46,014 nt of DNA, taken from positions 1 to 46,014 of the IMG/VR virus record IMGVR_UViG_3300048851_000104; one strand, written 5' to 3'. The notes below the pieces were generated by a model. It had not been told where the DNA came from. It saw only the letters and a list, made by a program, of their open reading frames with translations, and made no database searches. This document shows, piece after piece, positions 1 through 9,000 of this stretch. Both the position numbers and the translations under genes were made by a program. Source of the DNA: a virus. Taxonomy: Duplodnaviria > Caudoviricetes. Position 1 is the stretch's first letter; every line of letters starts with the position of its first letter.

Positions 1-126
1 CTTGAGCAAGCGGACTCCCGCAACCTCGGCGCCCTGTGTTGGGAAATCTTCCTCGACGAGTACGGACCCGAAGTCGCAGGCAAGTATCTCGACGCCTGTG
101 AGGCGGGCGACCTCCATACCCAGGTC
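1..126. repeat. Exact 126-bp terminal duplication (copy 1); assembly circularisation overlap
   Basis: 1-126 is identical to 45889-46014 and lies in frame inside the polymerase CDS. Confidence 0.95.
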
Positions 127-840
127 TGCCGTATGTCCAACCCGCAGCTTCCCTGGGGTGATGGGCGTACCGACCGCGAGATCGCCGACGTTGTATTCTA
201 CCGAGGCAAGACCTACCGCGATGCGTCCAAGGTCCTCGGCCACGGCAGCAACTTCCTCGGCAAGCCTGCGACGATGGCGAAGCATACCAAGTTCCCCCGA
301 GGCGAAGTTGAAATCTTCCAGCACAACTACTTCCAAGCATTCCCCATCATCCCGCAGTATCACAAATACGTCCTCAACCAGCTCAAATCCGTATCGCATC
401 TCACCACCCTCTTCGGCCGTCGCAGGTTCTTCTTCGGTCGCGCCGACGACGAGGCCACACTTCGCGAAGCCGTAGCATACTCCCCCCAGTCCATGACCGC
501 AGACGAAATCAACACTGGCATCCTCAACCTCTGGCGCGATGGCAGAGTTCAACTTCTGATCCAGGTTCACGACTCAATCCTTTTCCAGTATCCCGAAGAA
601 CTTGAAGACGAGATTGTTCCGTGGGCACTCCAGGCACTTCGCGCACCTAAGACCCTCAAGGGCGACCGCCCGTTCGTAGTCCCAACCGAAGCCATGACCG
701 GCTGGAATTGGGGATACTACTCCGACGGTAGCGACCCGAAGAAGCCCGCCAATGTTGATGGGCTGAAGAAATACAAGGGGCACGACTCGCGGACGCGCGA
801 AGAGGTCGACCTCAAACTCACATTCCGGGGAATGGTATGA
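1..840 (+). CDS. polA: Family A DNA polymerase, C-terminal part (continues from 45172 across the circular junction; about 518 aa in total)
   Basis: Frame +1 reads LEQADSR (motif A tail), RDASKVLGHGSNFLG (motif B), TTLFGRRR, REAVAYSPQS and IQVHDSILF (motif C). Confidence 0.95.
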   Translation, partial: LEQADSRNLGALCWEIFLDEYGPEVAGKYLDACEAGDLHTQVCRMSNPQLPWGDGRTDREIADVVFYRGKTYRDASKVLGHGSNFLGKPATMAKHTKFPRGEVEIFQHNYFQAFPIIPQYHKYVLNQLKSVSHLTTLFGRRRFFFGRADDEATLREAVAYSPQSMTADEINTGILNLWRDGRVQLLIQVHDSILFQYPEELEDEIVPWALQALRAPKTLKGDRPFVVPTEAMTGWNWGYYSDGSDPKKPANVDGLKKYKGHDSRTREEVDLKLTFRGMV

Positions 841-2030
841 CACGCAAGCTTGAGAGTTGGACGGACTCCTTCAACAGCTACATGGCTAACAAGGGCAGTC
901 CAATTCTATTCACGAAGTGGGCGGGCATCTTCACGATCGCCGCAGCCCTTGAACGGAAGGTTTGGGTTCGCACTGGAAAAGGCGTGCTTTACCCCAACCT
1001 CTACGTTATCACTGTCGGTCCGCCAGGGGCCGGCAAGACACTCGCAACCTCAGTCGCATATGAATTCCTAGGCAGCCTCAAGAACCACCATCTCGCACCC
1101 ACCTCTGTAACCAAAGCATCCTTGATCGACGCACTCGCCGCAGCTGAAAAGAAAATCATCCGCCCGATGGACACTCCCGCAATCACAACATTCAATTCGC
1201 TGATCGTCGCATCGGATGAGCTAGGCGTGTTCCTGCCGTCCTATGAGAGCGACTTCATGCAGGTCCTCACCAACATCTACGATTGCCGAGTCTACTCCGA
1301 AACGCGCCGCACAGCCAAGATCAATATCAAGATGGAAGCCCCGCAGCTTAACTTCACCGCAGCCACAACCCCATCGTACCTCACCGGCCTCCTTCCTGAG
1401 GGTGCGTGGGACCAGGGCTTTCTTTCCCGCACGATGCTTATCTATTCCGGCGCCGACGCACCGAGCGACCTCTTCGCAACCAACGCATACAACGAGAAAC
1501 TTCGCGATGATCTCGAACATGACCTGCATGAAATCGGAGAGATGTATGGAAAGCTTTCCTTCGAGGAGGACGTTAAGGTTGCCTTGAACGCCTGGCACAT
1601 TGCCGGGGGCCAGCCCGCCCCGTCGCATCCGAAACTTTCTCACTATAACACACGACGCACAGCCCACCTTATCAAACTATGCATGGTATCCAGTGTTGCT
1701 CGGTCGAACAGCTACGTGATCACACTGGAGAACTACGTCGAGGCGCTCGACTGGCTTATGGAATGTGAGAGGGTGATGCCGGACATCTTCCGGGCCATGC
1801 GCTCGGGTGGGGACGGTAAGGTCATGGAGGAATGTTATCACTTCCTCTACGAGGCCTGGGTAAAGTCAAAGGCGCCCATCCAAGAGCACCGACTTTACGC
1901 ATTCTTGCAAGAGCGTACCCCGGCACACAACGTTGAGAAGATCATCAACGTGATGGAAAAGGCCGGGCTCATCGAAAGGAAGTTTGGGGATGTAGGACAA
2001 GGCTACATCCCCAGGGCCAAAGCCGCCTAG
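837..2030 (+). CDS. P-loop NTPase, probable replicative helicase (DUF3987/YfjI-like), with no primase domain attached
   Basis: LYPNLYVITVGPPGAGKT (Walker A), IVASDELG (Walker B) and QGFLSR (arginine-finger-like); ATGA-coupled to polA. Confidence 0.75.
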   Translation: MTRKLESWTDSFNSYMANKGSPILFTKWAGIFTIAAALERKVWVRTGKGVLYPNLYVITVGPPGAGKTLATSVAYEFLGSLKNHHLAPTSVTKASLIDALAAAEKKIIRPMDTPAITTFNSLIVASDELGVFLPSYESDFMQVLTNIYDCRVYSETRRTAKINIKMEAPQLNFTAATTPSYLTGLLPEGAWDQGFLSRTMLIYSGADAPSDLFATNAYNEKLRDDLEHDLHEIGEMYGKLSFEEDVKVALNAWHIAGGQPAPSHPKLSHYNTRRTAHLIKLCMVSSVARSNSYVITLENYVEALDWLMECERVMPDIFRAMRSGGDGKVMEECYHFLYEAWVKSKAPIQEHRLYAFLQERTPAHNVEKIINVMEKAGLIERKFGDVGQGYIPRAKAA

Positions 2031-2470
2031 CGCGGCCTTTGCTTTTCAATCCGGGTCAGGATTTCCTTCACCACTTGCATGTCCCCGGACATCTTATTGA
2101 GTGCGGCGGTTGTGTTCGCCGCATTCGTCTCTACCGTGTCGATGGATTTCTCCAGAACACTCACTCGTTGAGTAAGGTTATCCAGCATTCGCGCATCCAC
2201 AGTTCGGTTCTTCTCCGACTCAAGCAAGCGAGCACTTACCTGGCCTTGAATTTCCTTCGTCTCGGCGAGCCGATCACGATGGTATTCCATGTGGTTTACC
2301 TGCCATCCTTTCAGTAAATTGATGTCGGTTTCAACCGTGTTCTTCCAGGCACCTGCCGTAGCGAACACTGCCAAAAACCCCCCGACGAGCATCACAAAAT
2401 TAATCAGCGACCCGAACCTTTGAAATGTCTGCTCCACTTGCTTCCCCGACTCAACGACTTGGTTCATCAC
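2027..2470 (-). CDS. Single-TM coiled-coil membrane protein, holin candidate
   Basis: Hydrophobic LINFVMLVGGFLAVFATAGAW followed by a heptad-rich tail; last gene of the lysis cassette; its stop overlaps the convergent helicase stop (CTAG). Confidence 0.5.
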   Translation of the reverse strand: MMNQVVESGKQVEQTFQRFGSLINFVMLVGGFLAVFATAGAWKNTVETDINLLKGWQVNHMEYHRDRLAETKEIQGQVSARLLESEKNRTVDARMLDNLTQRVSVLEKSIDTVETNAANTTAALNKMSGDMQVVKEILTRIEKQRPR

Positions 2471-2742
2471 TTAAGCTCCGCTCTGCGCTCCGCACTTGCC
2501 CGAGTGTGGACGTCACATTGACTGGCCCCCAAAATTCCTGTCGCGCAACTTTTCGCGACAGACTTATCGATGTTCCGCTGATCCCCCAGCGTCGCACCCT
2601 TCGTTCCGGGCAGGTCAATGACTACCGTGGAGAGTTCCAGGTAGTTGACAGGTGCCCTTTCCAAAGTTGTACACGCCGTCAGCCCGATCGCAAGTATCAA
2701 AGTCAACAGCACCTTTTGCAGCACGTACTCGAAACTCTGCAT
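2467..2742 (-). CDS. Outer-membrane spanin (Rz1-like lipoprotein)
   Basis: Signal peptide with lipobox LLTLILAIGLTAC; overlaps the 3' half of the i-spanin gene in another frame. The true start may be a few codons downstream. Confidence 0.75.
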   Translation of the reverse strand: MQSFEYVLQKVLLTLILAIGLTACTTLERAPVNYLELSTVVIDLPGTKGATLGDQRNIDKSVAKSCATGILGASQCDVHTRASAERRAELK

Positions 2743-2863
2743 TCGCTTTCTCCTGCTTCAGCTGTTCTTCAACCCTGGCCTGTTGCGCCGTCTGGTGAAG
2801 AAAGTAGGCCCCGATAAGGAGGGCGCCGAATGCCGCCATCCCGATGATGTAGAATTTGATCAT
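2615..2863 (-). CDS. Inner-membrane spanin (Rz-like)
   Basis: MIKFYIIGMAAFGALLIGAYFL N-terminal TM, coiled coil and two Cys; ATGA overlap with the endolysin stop. Confidence 0.75.
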   Translation of the reverse strand: MIKFYIIGMAAFGALLIGAYFLHQTAQQARVEEQLKQEKANAEFRVRAAKGAVDFDTCDRADGVYNFGKGTCQLPGTLHGSH

Positions 2864-3690
2864 GCCTCGAGCTCCGCTTTGATTGCTTTGATCCGCTGCA
2901 CCATCCACTTCCCGCCGACGAGTACCGCCAGCGTCACTACCACCCCGATCCCGAAGATCAGGATGAGCCCATCACGATCCATGCCCGCGAGCCAGGAGCC
3001 GCCAAAGCCGGCACCGAAGACTGTGGTGAAGATCGTGGTGAACCAGTTCGTTTTCTGATTAACCTCCCGTTCAATCGTCTTCGGCACGACAGGCTTTTCA
3101 ACCTCGACCGGAACCTCGACCGGGACTTCAACCGTCACAGTCGGCTGCCCGAGGGCGTGGCGCTTTTTAATCTCGGCCAGGGTTTCGCGAACCCGCGCGA
3201 CACCAACGCGAGCGTTCTGGCCATCGTAGTGTCCCTTGCCCTTGGTCGTCGGCAGACTCGCCCACTCCTTTGCCAGATTATTAATGAGGGTATCTTCCTT
3301 CAGCCGCCCAGCGAGATACTTATCGATCCCGCGGACACCGAGGAGATAACACGCCATACGGTCCTGCATGTCGGCATCGAACTTTTCGAGCCCCGTCAGA
3401 CTGAGCGTCCGTTTGATCTCCCGCATCGTCGTCCGCACGATCTGGTAGCGCCCAATCGCGGAAGAGTTAAGACGGGCGTTGTCCGGGTCCGCCAGCATCT
3501 TCGTCTGGAGCTTGTCGATCTCAGCCAGCGACATTGTGGTGAGGATGACGTCGGGGCCTGAGCCCCGAGTCTTCTTTCCGTCGAGCATCTTACCGTAGGC
3601 AAGAGTCTCGTTGTAGCCGTCGCCCTCATCCGTGCCCTCGGTGTATCCGATCAGGTCGAGAAGCGGGCGGTAAACGTAGTACTTATCCAT
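2860..3690 (-). CDS. Endolysin, lambda-R/GH104-like lysozyme fold, with C-terminal membrane segments
   Basis: LLDLIGYTEGT, SSAIGRYQI, QDRMA and LAKEWASLP motifs; GGAG RBS before ATG 3690; two hydrophobic stretches at the C terminus. Confidence 0.85.
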   Translation of the reverse strand: MDKYYVYRPLLDLIGYTEGTDEGDGYNETLAYGKMLDGKKTRGSGPDVILTTMSLAEIDKLQTKMLADPDNARLNSSAIGRYQIVRTTMREIKRTLSLTGLEKFDADMQDRMACYLLGVRGIDKYLAGRLKEDTLINNLAKEWASLPTTKGKGHYDGQNARVGVARVRETLAEIKKRHALGQPTVTVEVPVEVPVEVEKPVVPKTIEREVNQKTNWFTTIFTTVFGAGFGGSWLAGMDRDGLILIFGIGVVVTLAVLVGGKWMVQRIKAIKAELEA

Positions 3691-3707
3691 GTTAGGTCTC
3701 CATGAGT

Positions 3708-6020
3708 TTAAAGGACGCGATAGACCGCAGTGAAGCTGAAGCCGATTGATGCCGTGCTCGGCGCCAGCCAACGAACTTCCAGTGTGTCGGTCGTCGGATC
3801 GGCGACAACGCCCCCGGCGACATTGAGACCGGTCGACGTGGCAATAAAGGTTCCCGAGGCGTGACCGTTGTTAGCGAAGTCCGAGGGCTTCGGAAGAGAA
3901 ACGCGAAGGACACAAGCTCCCGCCGTTGTCACCTGTGCCGTGATGCGGCCCGACACTTGGATATAGCCTTCGGCGATCTCCACCCAATCAAAGGTGGTTG
4001 CCGCACTTGCGGTAAGGCCCGCAGTGACGGGCGTGATCGTCGGCGCATAGGTGGTGTGACGATCAACGATCACGTCGGCGGCGTTGGCACCCGAGGTTGC
4101 CGGCGTCGTATTGGCGCCCGAGCGGCGGCGACGATCCACGTTGATCTTGTTGCCGGTGCCCGAGTTGTGAACGAACGAGCGGCGGTTAGCCGTGGCGATC
4201 AGCACCGGACGATTGATCTCGATATCGCTGTTGTTGGCCTGGACGAGGAACGGCGAGAAATCTCCCGGCGTCTTGTAGCCGATGCCGTCGAAGATGAAGT
4301 CATTGAACTTGGTTCCGAGAAATTGCGTCCCGGCAGTCATGACGACTGCATCTTCTTCGCTCAGCCCGAGTTGGAAATCAGAGAAAATCCCGCCACGGTA
4401 GATGCCAGTCGTTCCGCCTGCATCCGCGCCAGCTTCCAGCCTGACAAGGTTTGTCGGCGTCGTCGTATCGTCGGCGCTCGTCCCGCCAAACCCGATGATC
4501 CCGGAGAGAATGAAGTTGCTCCCGCCCGTGAGCTGAAGGACTTCCGTCCGAGTGTTAAACGCCTTCGCGTTGATGATAGTGGCCTTCTCACCCAGGTGTC
4601 CGACAAACAGCCGGCGGCCGATATCCATCTGGATATTATCGACGCTCAGGCCGCGCATCTTGTGGCCGTTCACTCCGATATTGGCGATTGCCGCAATGTC
4701 GAAGGAGTGGAACCGGGTGTTCGAGATCATGAGCCCCCGGAAAGCCGCGTCGTCAGAGAAGGCATAGCCTTCGTCTTGCCCCGTATAGTCGGCGGCGTTA
4801 TGGAAATCGAACTGCACGCCATAGCGGCAGGACGAGAAGTGATTGACATGAGCCGAAAGGCCACGCCCACGATGGAGGATACCGGCTGCAAAACCGGCGA
4901 TGCGGCAGCGGTTCAGCGTCATGTCAACGTCCGCCGTCTCGCCAATGCCCTTATCGTTCCGAATGCCGATCTTCCCCGCGTTCCACATTTCAGTGTTTCC
5001 GCCGGGAGGCGTGACAGTGTTAACTGTCATATCGAACATCTTGAATTCCTGGGACTTGTTGTCGATGACGGGCTCCCCGTCTACGACGGCGCAGCGGATA
5101 TTCGTGTCCCAGAAGGATGCGCCGTTGAAAGAAATGCCCGTTATGTCATTCGGGATTTCAATACCGGTGACATCGAAGATGCCTCGCTCAAACGTCAGAG
5201 CGCGCGAACGGAGCGGGTAAAACTCCATCCAGTAAACCGCATCTTGAATGGCCTGAGTGTCGTTGGCCAGGCCGTCGCCCTTCGCCTTGAACGCATCACG
5301 GACGCCCGGCTGATCGCCCTTCAAGCGGCGATACCACGCACCCGTTGCGAGCGGGATATTGTCAGCCTTGACCACGATATTTTCACTCGGGTCAAGCGCC
5401 GCCGCAGCAACGCTGTCGATCGCCTTGAAATCGAAGCCGGTATCATCGGGCAGGAAGGCGAGTTTGGTCAGGCTGGTGTTGAGGGGTTTCAGTTCCGCAA
5501 TGTCCACCACACGCTTGATCGAGACACTTTCGGCAGCCAGCTGAGCAGCTTCAGCCGCGGCAAGTGCATCCGCAGCGGCGTCCACGGCCTGATTGATTTC
5601 ATCCAGCGTCGGCGGGGTTGCGCCGGGAGACACGAGAAGACTGCGCGACTGGATTTCAGCAAGCTGCTGAATTTGCATAACGATCTGATCGAGCTGCTGC
5701 TCCACAACCTCGGGATTAAACCCGCCGGTGGGCCGGATAGCCAGTTCTTGAGTATACGGAACCTCCCGAAGAATAACAATCCCCTTCGTCTCATCGAGCG
5801 GTGCGGATGCAGGCGTGTAAGTTACAACGCCGCCTGCAGGATCGTCAAGCCCAATAACCGAGTAGTCACCGGGGGAAATGATTTCGAGTATCTCTTTCGT
5901 CTCCCAGTCCTGGATACTCACGATAAGAGTATCCTCCGGGATTTCGAAGTTAAACGGAAACTCCGTCGCGATGCCGTTGCCCCGGTAAATAACCAGTCGA
6001 CTCGTCGTTTGCACAGTCAT
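3708..6020 (-). CDS. Tailspike / receptor-binding protein, probable polysaccharide depolymerase
   Basis: N-terminal T7-gp17-like anchor (YRGNGIATEFPFNF...ILREVP...LDQIVMQIQQL), then VRDAFKAKGDGLANDTQAIQDA, a pectate_lyase_3-type start of a beta-helix. Confidence 0.85.
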   Translation of the reverse strand: MTVQTTSRLVIYRGNGIATEFPFNFEIPEDTLIVSIQDWETKEILEIISPGDYSVIGLDDPAGGVVTYTPASAPLDETKGIVILREVPYTQELAIRPTGGFNPEVVEQQLDQIVMQIQQLAEIQSRSLLVSPGATPPTLDEINQAVDAAADALAAAEAAQLAAESVSIKRVVDIAELKPLNTSLTKLAFLPDDTGFDFKAIDSVAAAALDPSENIVVKADNIPLATGAWYRRLKGDQPGVRDAFKAKGDGLANDTQAIQDAVYWMEFYPLRSRALTFERGIFDVTGIEIPNDITGISFNGASFWDTNIRCAVVDGEPVIDNKSQEFKMFDMTVNTVTPPGGNTEMWNAGKIGIRNDKGIGETADVDMTLNRCRIAGFAAGILHRGRGLSAHVNHFSSCRYGVQFDFHNAADYTGQDEGYAFSDDAAFRGLMISNTRFHSFDIAAIANIGVNGHKMRGLSVDNIQMDIGRRLFVGHLGEKATIINAKAFNTRTEVLQLTGGSNFILSGIIGFGGTSADDTTTPTNLVRLEAGADAGGTTGIYRGGIFSDFQLGLSEEDAVVMTAGTQFLGTKFNDFIFDGIGYKTPGDFSPFLVQANNSDIEINRPVLIATANRRSFVHNSGTGNKINVDRRRRSGANTTPATSGANAADVIVDRHTTYAPTITPVTAGLTASAATTFDWVEIAEGYIQVSGRITAQVTTAGACVLRVSLPKPSDFANNGHASGTFIATSTGLNVAGGVVADPTTDTLEVRWLAPSTASIGFSFTAVYRVL

Positions 6021-9000
6021 TTAGTTCTCCTTTCGGGAAGCTTACTACCTAGGGCTTCCTCTACAGCATCTATGGCCTCACGGAGGCCTACGGCATTTTG
6101 AAATGGTGTGAGTCGGCGTAGCTGTTTCAATGTCCCCTGCGTTGGTTGATCTATCCCCGAGATAACCCCGGTGGCATTTTGTACGAAGTCGAAGCTCGGC
6201 CCAAAGAGCGCCTCGACCACATCGTCTCCGGGGCGCCGAGTCTGGCGCGTTCCGCTGAACGACGAGTAGGGCTGAAAGAGCGGGATGGTCTGCGCAATCC
6301 GCTGCACTTCTCCGGCGTTACCGAGGATACCGGAACGGCTGATCGCCTCGTCAGCCCACTTACCCGGACCGGCGTTCAGCATCTCTTCATAAGACTTCCC
6401 TCCGGTAGCGACGGCCCACAGATAATAGCTGAGCATTCCCATACCCATCGAGGCTAGGGCTCCGGAAAGGGCTGCCATATCTCGCTGCTGCGCACCTGCC
6501 ATGGTGATCTTCGCCATCGAGGACATGCCGAAGGATTTGAACTGATAGAGCATCCGGCCCACCATATTCGCATCGCTAAGCAGCGCCCGTTCGGCTCCGG
6601 GCCGCGGGATGGTTTTGTAGACCTCTCGAGAAAGCGCCGCACGGTAGGTACGAAGGGCTTCTTGGTCCGACCAGTTCTCAGTGTTCGGCCACCAAACTCC
6701 CTCGACTTTTCCGCCACCACCCATCTTCACCTGATCCCAGGCACGTTCCGCCAGCACGCCGTCGAAGCCGTTCTCTGCGAGGAAGGTTTCGGCCTCCTTC
6801 AGCGGCATAATCCCCTCGCCGGTATTGACACGAGCCAGTGCGTCCATCAGTTTTGCATTCGCCACGCTTGACGAAATGGTCTCCATCGCTTGGGTCCAGT
6901 AGTCAAACAGCGCTACAACACCCATTCGGTTCGTGGCCCACTCGACACCTTTTTCCAGCGCATTCCCTCGATAGAGTTCGTCGGTCACGTCGCGGAATGC
7001 CAATGCCCGCATATGGGCCGAAACGTCGTTTGCCACGCCCGCCAAACGGGCCTCATGCCGCGTCAGCTTCAATCCTTTAAGATTGTTGATCATCGGCACG
7101 AAACCGTCCCGAAACGCGCGTGTGAGTCCGTATCGCATGATCGGGCGACCGACATCGGGCAATGACGACACCGTGACCATGCCCATCATGCGAAGCACGT
7201 TCAGGTTCATAATCGTGCGAGCGGCGCGATATGCGAACCCATCGGGGTCCGAGGGCAGTCCCCGCGTACCACGCAACCGTTGCACGACCGCCTCAACGTT
7301 CCGCTTGTGGAGTTCGAACTGATCGTTGATTTCCCCAGTACGTTTGGTGATCTTAGCTTCCCAAGCTTCCTGTGTCATGTTTTCAGGCTTCGGTGCCTTC
7401 GACAGCGCTTCGATCTTCGCATACCGTTCTTCACTCGCGGGTGCAATCCACTCCGAAGCGTTGAGAGTGCCGAACTTCCTCTTGAGTTCGATGTCCGGGC
7501 CCAGGGTGCGAGTGTAGATGCGCGTCAGGCTGCGGATGTCGGTATCGAGGAATTCCGCGATTTGCTGTGAAGGAATGTGAAGTACGCGACGAAGTTCAGC
7601 GCCCCGCTCCATCTGCATGACTTCGGAATAGGGAAGGCGAAGATACGTACCAGTGATCTTGTCGGTGACATCGCGAGCTGCCTCCTTCGCCACATCGCGA
7701 AAGTCTGCGACGCCCTTCTCGAGGTCAACCGAGCTGGCTTTGTACTCCGTTTCCCACCGACGAGCGAAGTCGCCCTCGGCACGCATCGGAGCACTCTGCG
7801 CATCGAGCAGCCGCTGTTCGACAATCTTCGGATCGAGCTTGGCGACCTGCTCCTTCAGTCGCTGGCTGCGGAGGACACGGCGCGAATTCAGGTTATTAAC
7901 CTTCACAAGCGCTTCGTTCAGTCCATCTTCCAGCACTGCGCGGAGCGAATCGCGGTCGAGGTTTTCGGCAGTTTCAAGCCGATCCGAGATTTCGTTGAGG
8001 CGATGAGCACGGGTCTCTTGCACGTCTTCCACTGCTCCAATGCGGTGGAAGTCCGGGTCCTCATCCGCGGCCAACTTCACGAGGCGTTCTTCGCCTCGAT
8101 CGTAAACCTCGCCTGCACGGTTGAACATCGTCTTCAGTGCGGAGACTTCCTTATCGAGCACCTTATCGCTGACGCGATCGAGTTTCTTCAAGATAGTCTG
8201 CGCCTTCGAAACCACCCGCATCAGGGAGTTGAGTTCGAGTTCCTCCGTCTTCTCAATCTTCTCCAGCTTCGCGGCCCGCCGTGCATCAACAGCGACCACG
8301 GCCTTGTTCAAGTTCGACAGCCGCTGACGAAGTTCCCGGCGCTTCCCCTTCACCTCGGCGTACTGAGGCGAGGCCGCTTCCATATCGCGGATGTCCTGCC
8401 GCAGTTGCTTCATCGTCGCCTCGTCAGCGATCGACACGTTCTCAGCCTGACGCATGGCACGGAGGGTAGCCCGGTTTGTAGCGATGGCCTCCTCAAGCAT
8501 CTGGATTTCCTCAGGCAGGTTCTCATCGAGCGCCTTGAGTTCCTCGCGGAACTTTTCCTGCAGCTCCTCAACCTCACTTTCGGGGCGGGCCAGGTCCTCG
8601 GCCAGCGTCGTCTGCTTCGCCTGTTTACCCTTGAACTTCTCGAGTTCGTCGGCGAAACGCTGGTTCAGGTTCTGCTCATAATGCCGTGTCAGAATGTCAA
8701 TGAATTCCTGGGTCTTCAGCTTGATAGCCTGCGTGTTGTAAACGCGGTTTACATAGGCCTCATCCCCAACGACTTTCACATCGTCGGGGAAAAGCTGAAC
8801 TTCCTGCGCCATCTTCAACAGCGGTTCATAAACTTCCTTGGATATAGCCTGAGCGGCCTTAACCACTTCCGGGACTTCATGCTGAAAGCCATTCCAAATC
8901 GCCCGCGAGACTTCATCAGCGAACTGTGCGGCGGAGAGCTTCTGCCCGGAAAGTGCGCCGCCGATCTCGGCCCGCAGGTTCGGAGCAACTCGAGGCACAG

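Noticed and set aside
3708-6020. Diversity-generating retroelement, suggested by the BPP-1-like head genes
   Set aside because: I saw no reverse transcriptase and no TR/VR repeat pair.
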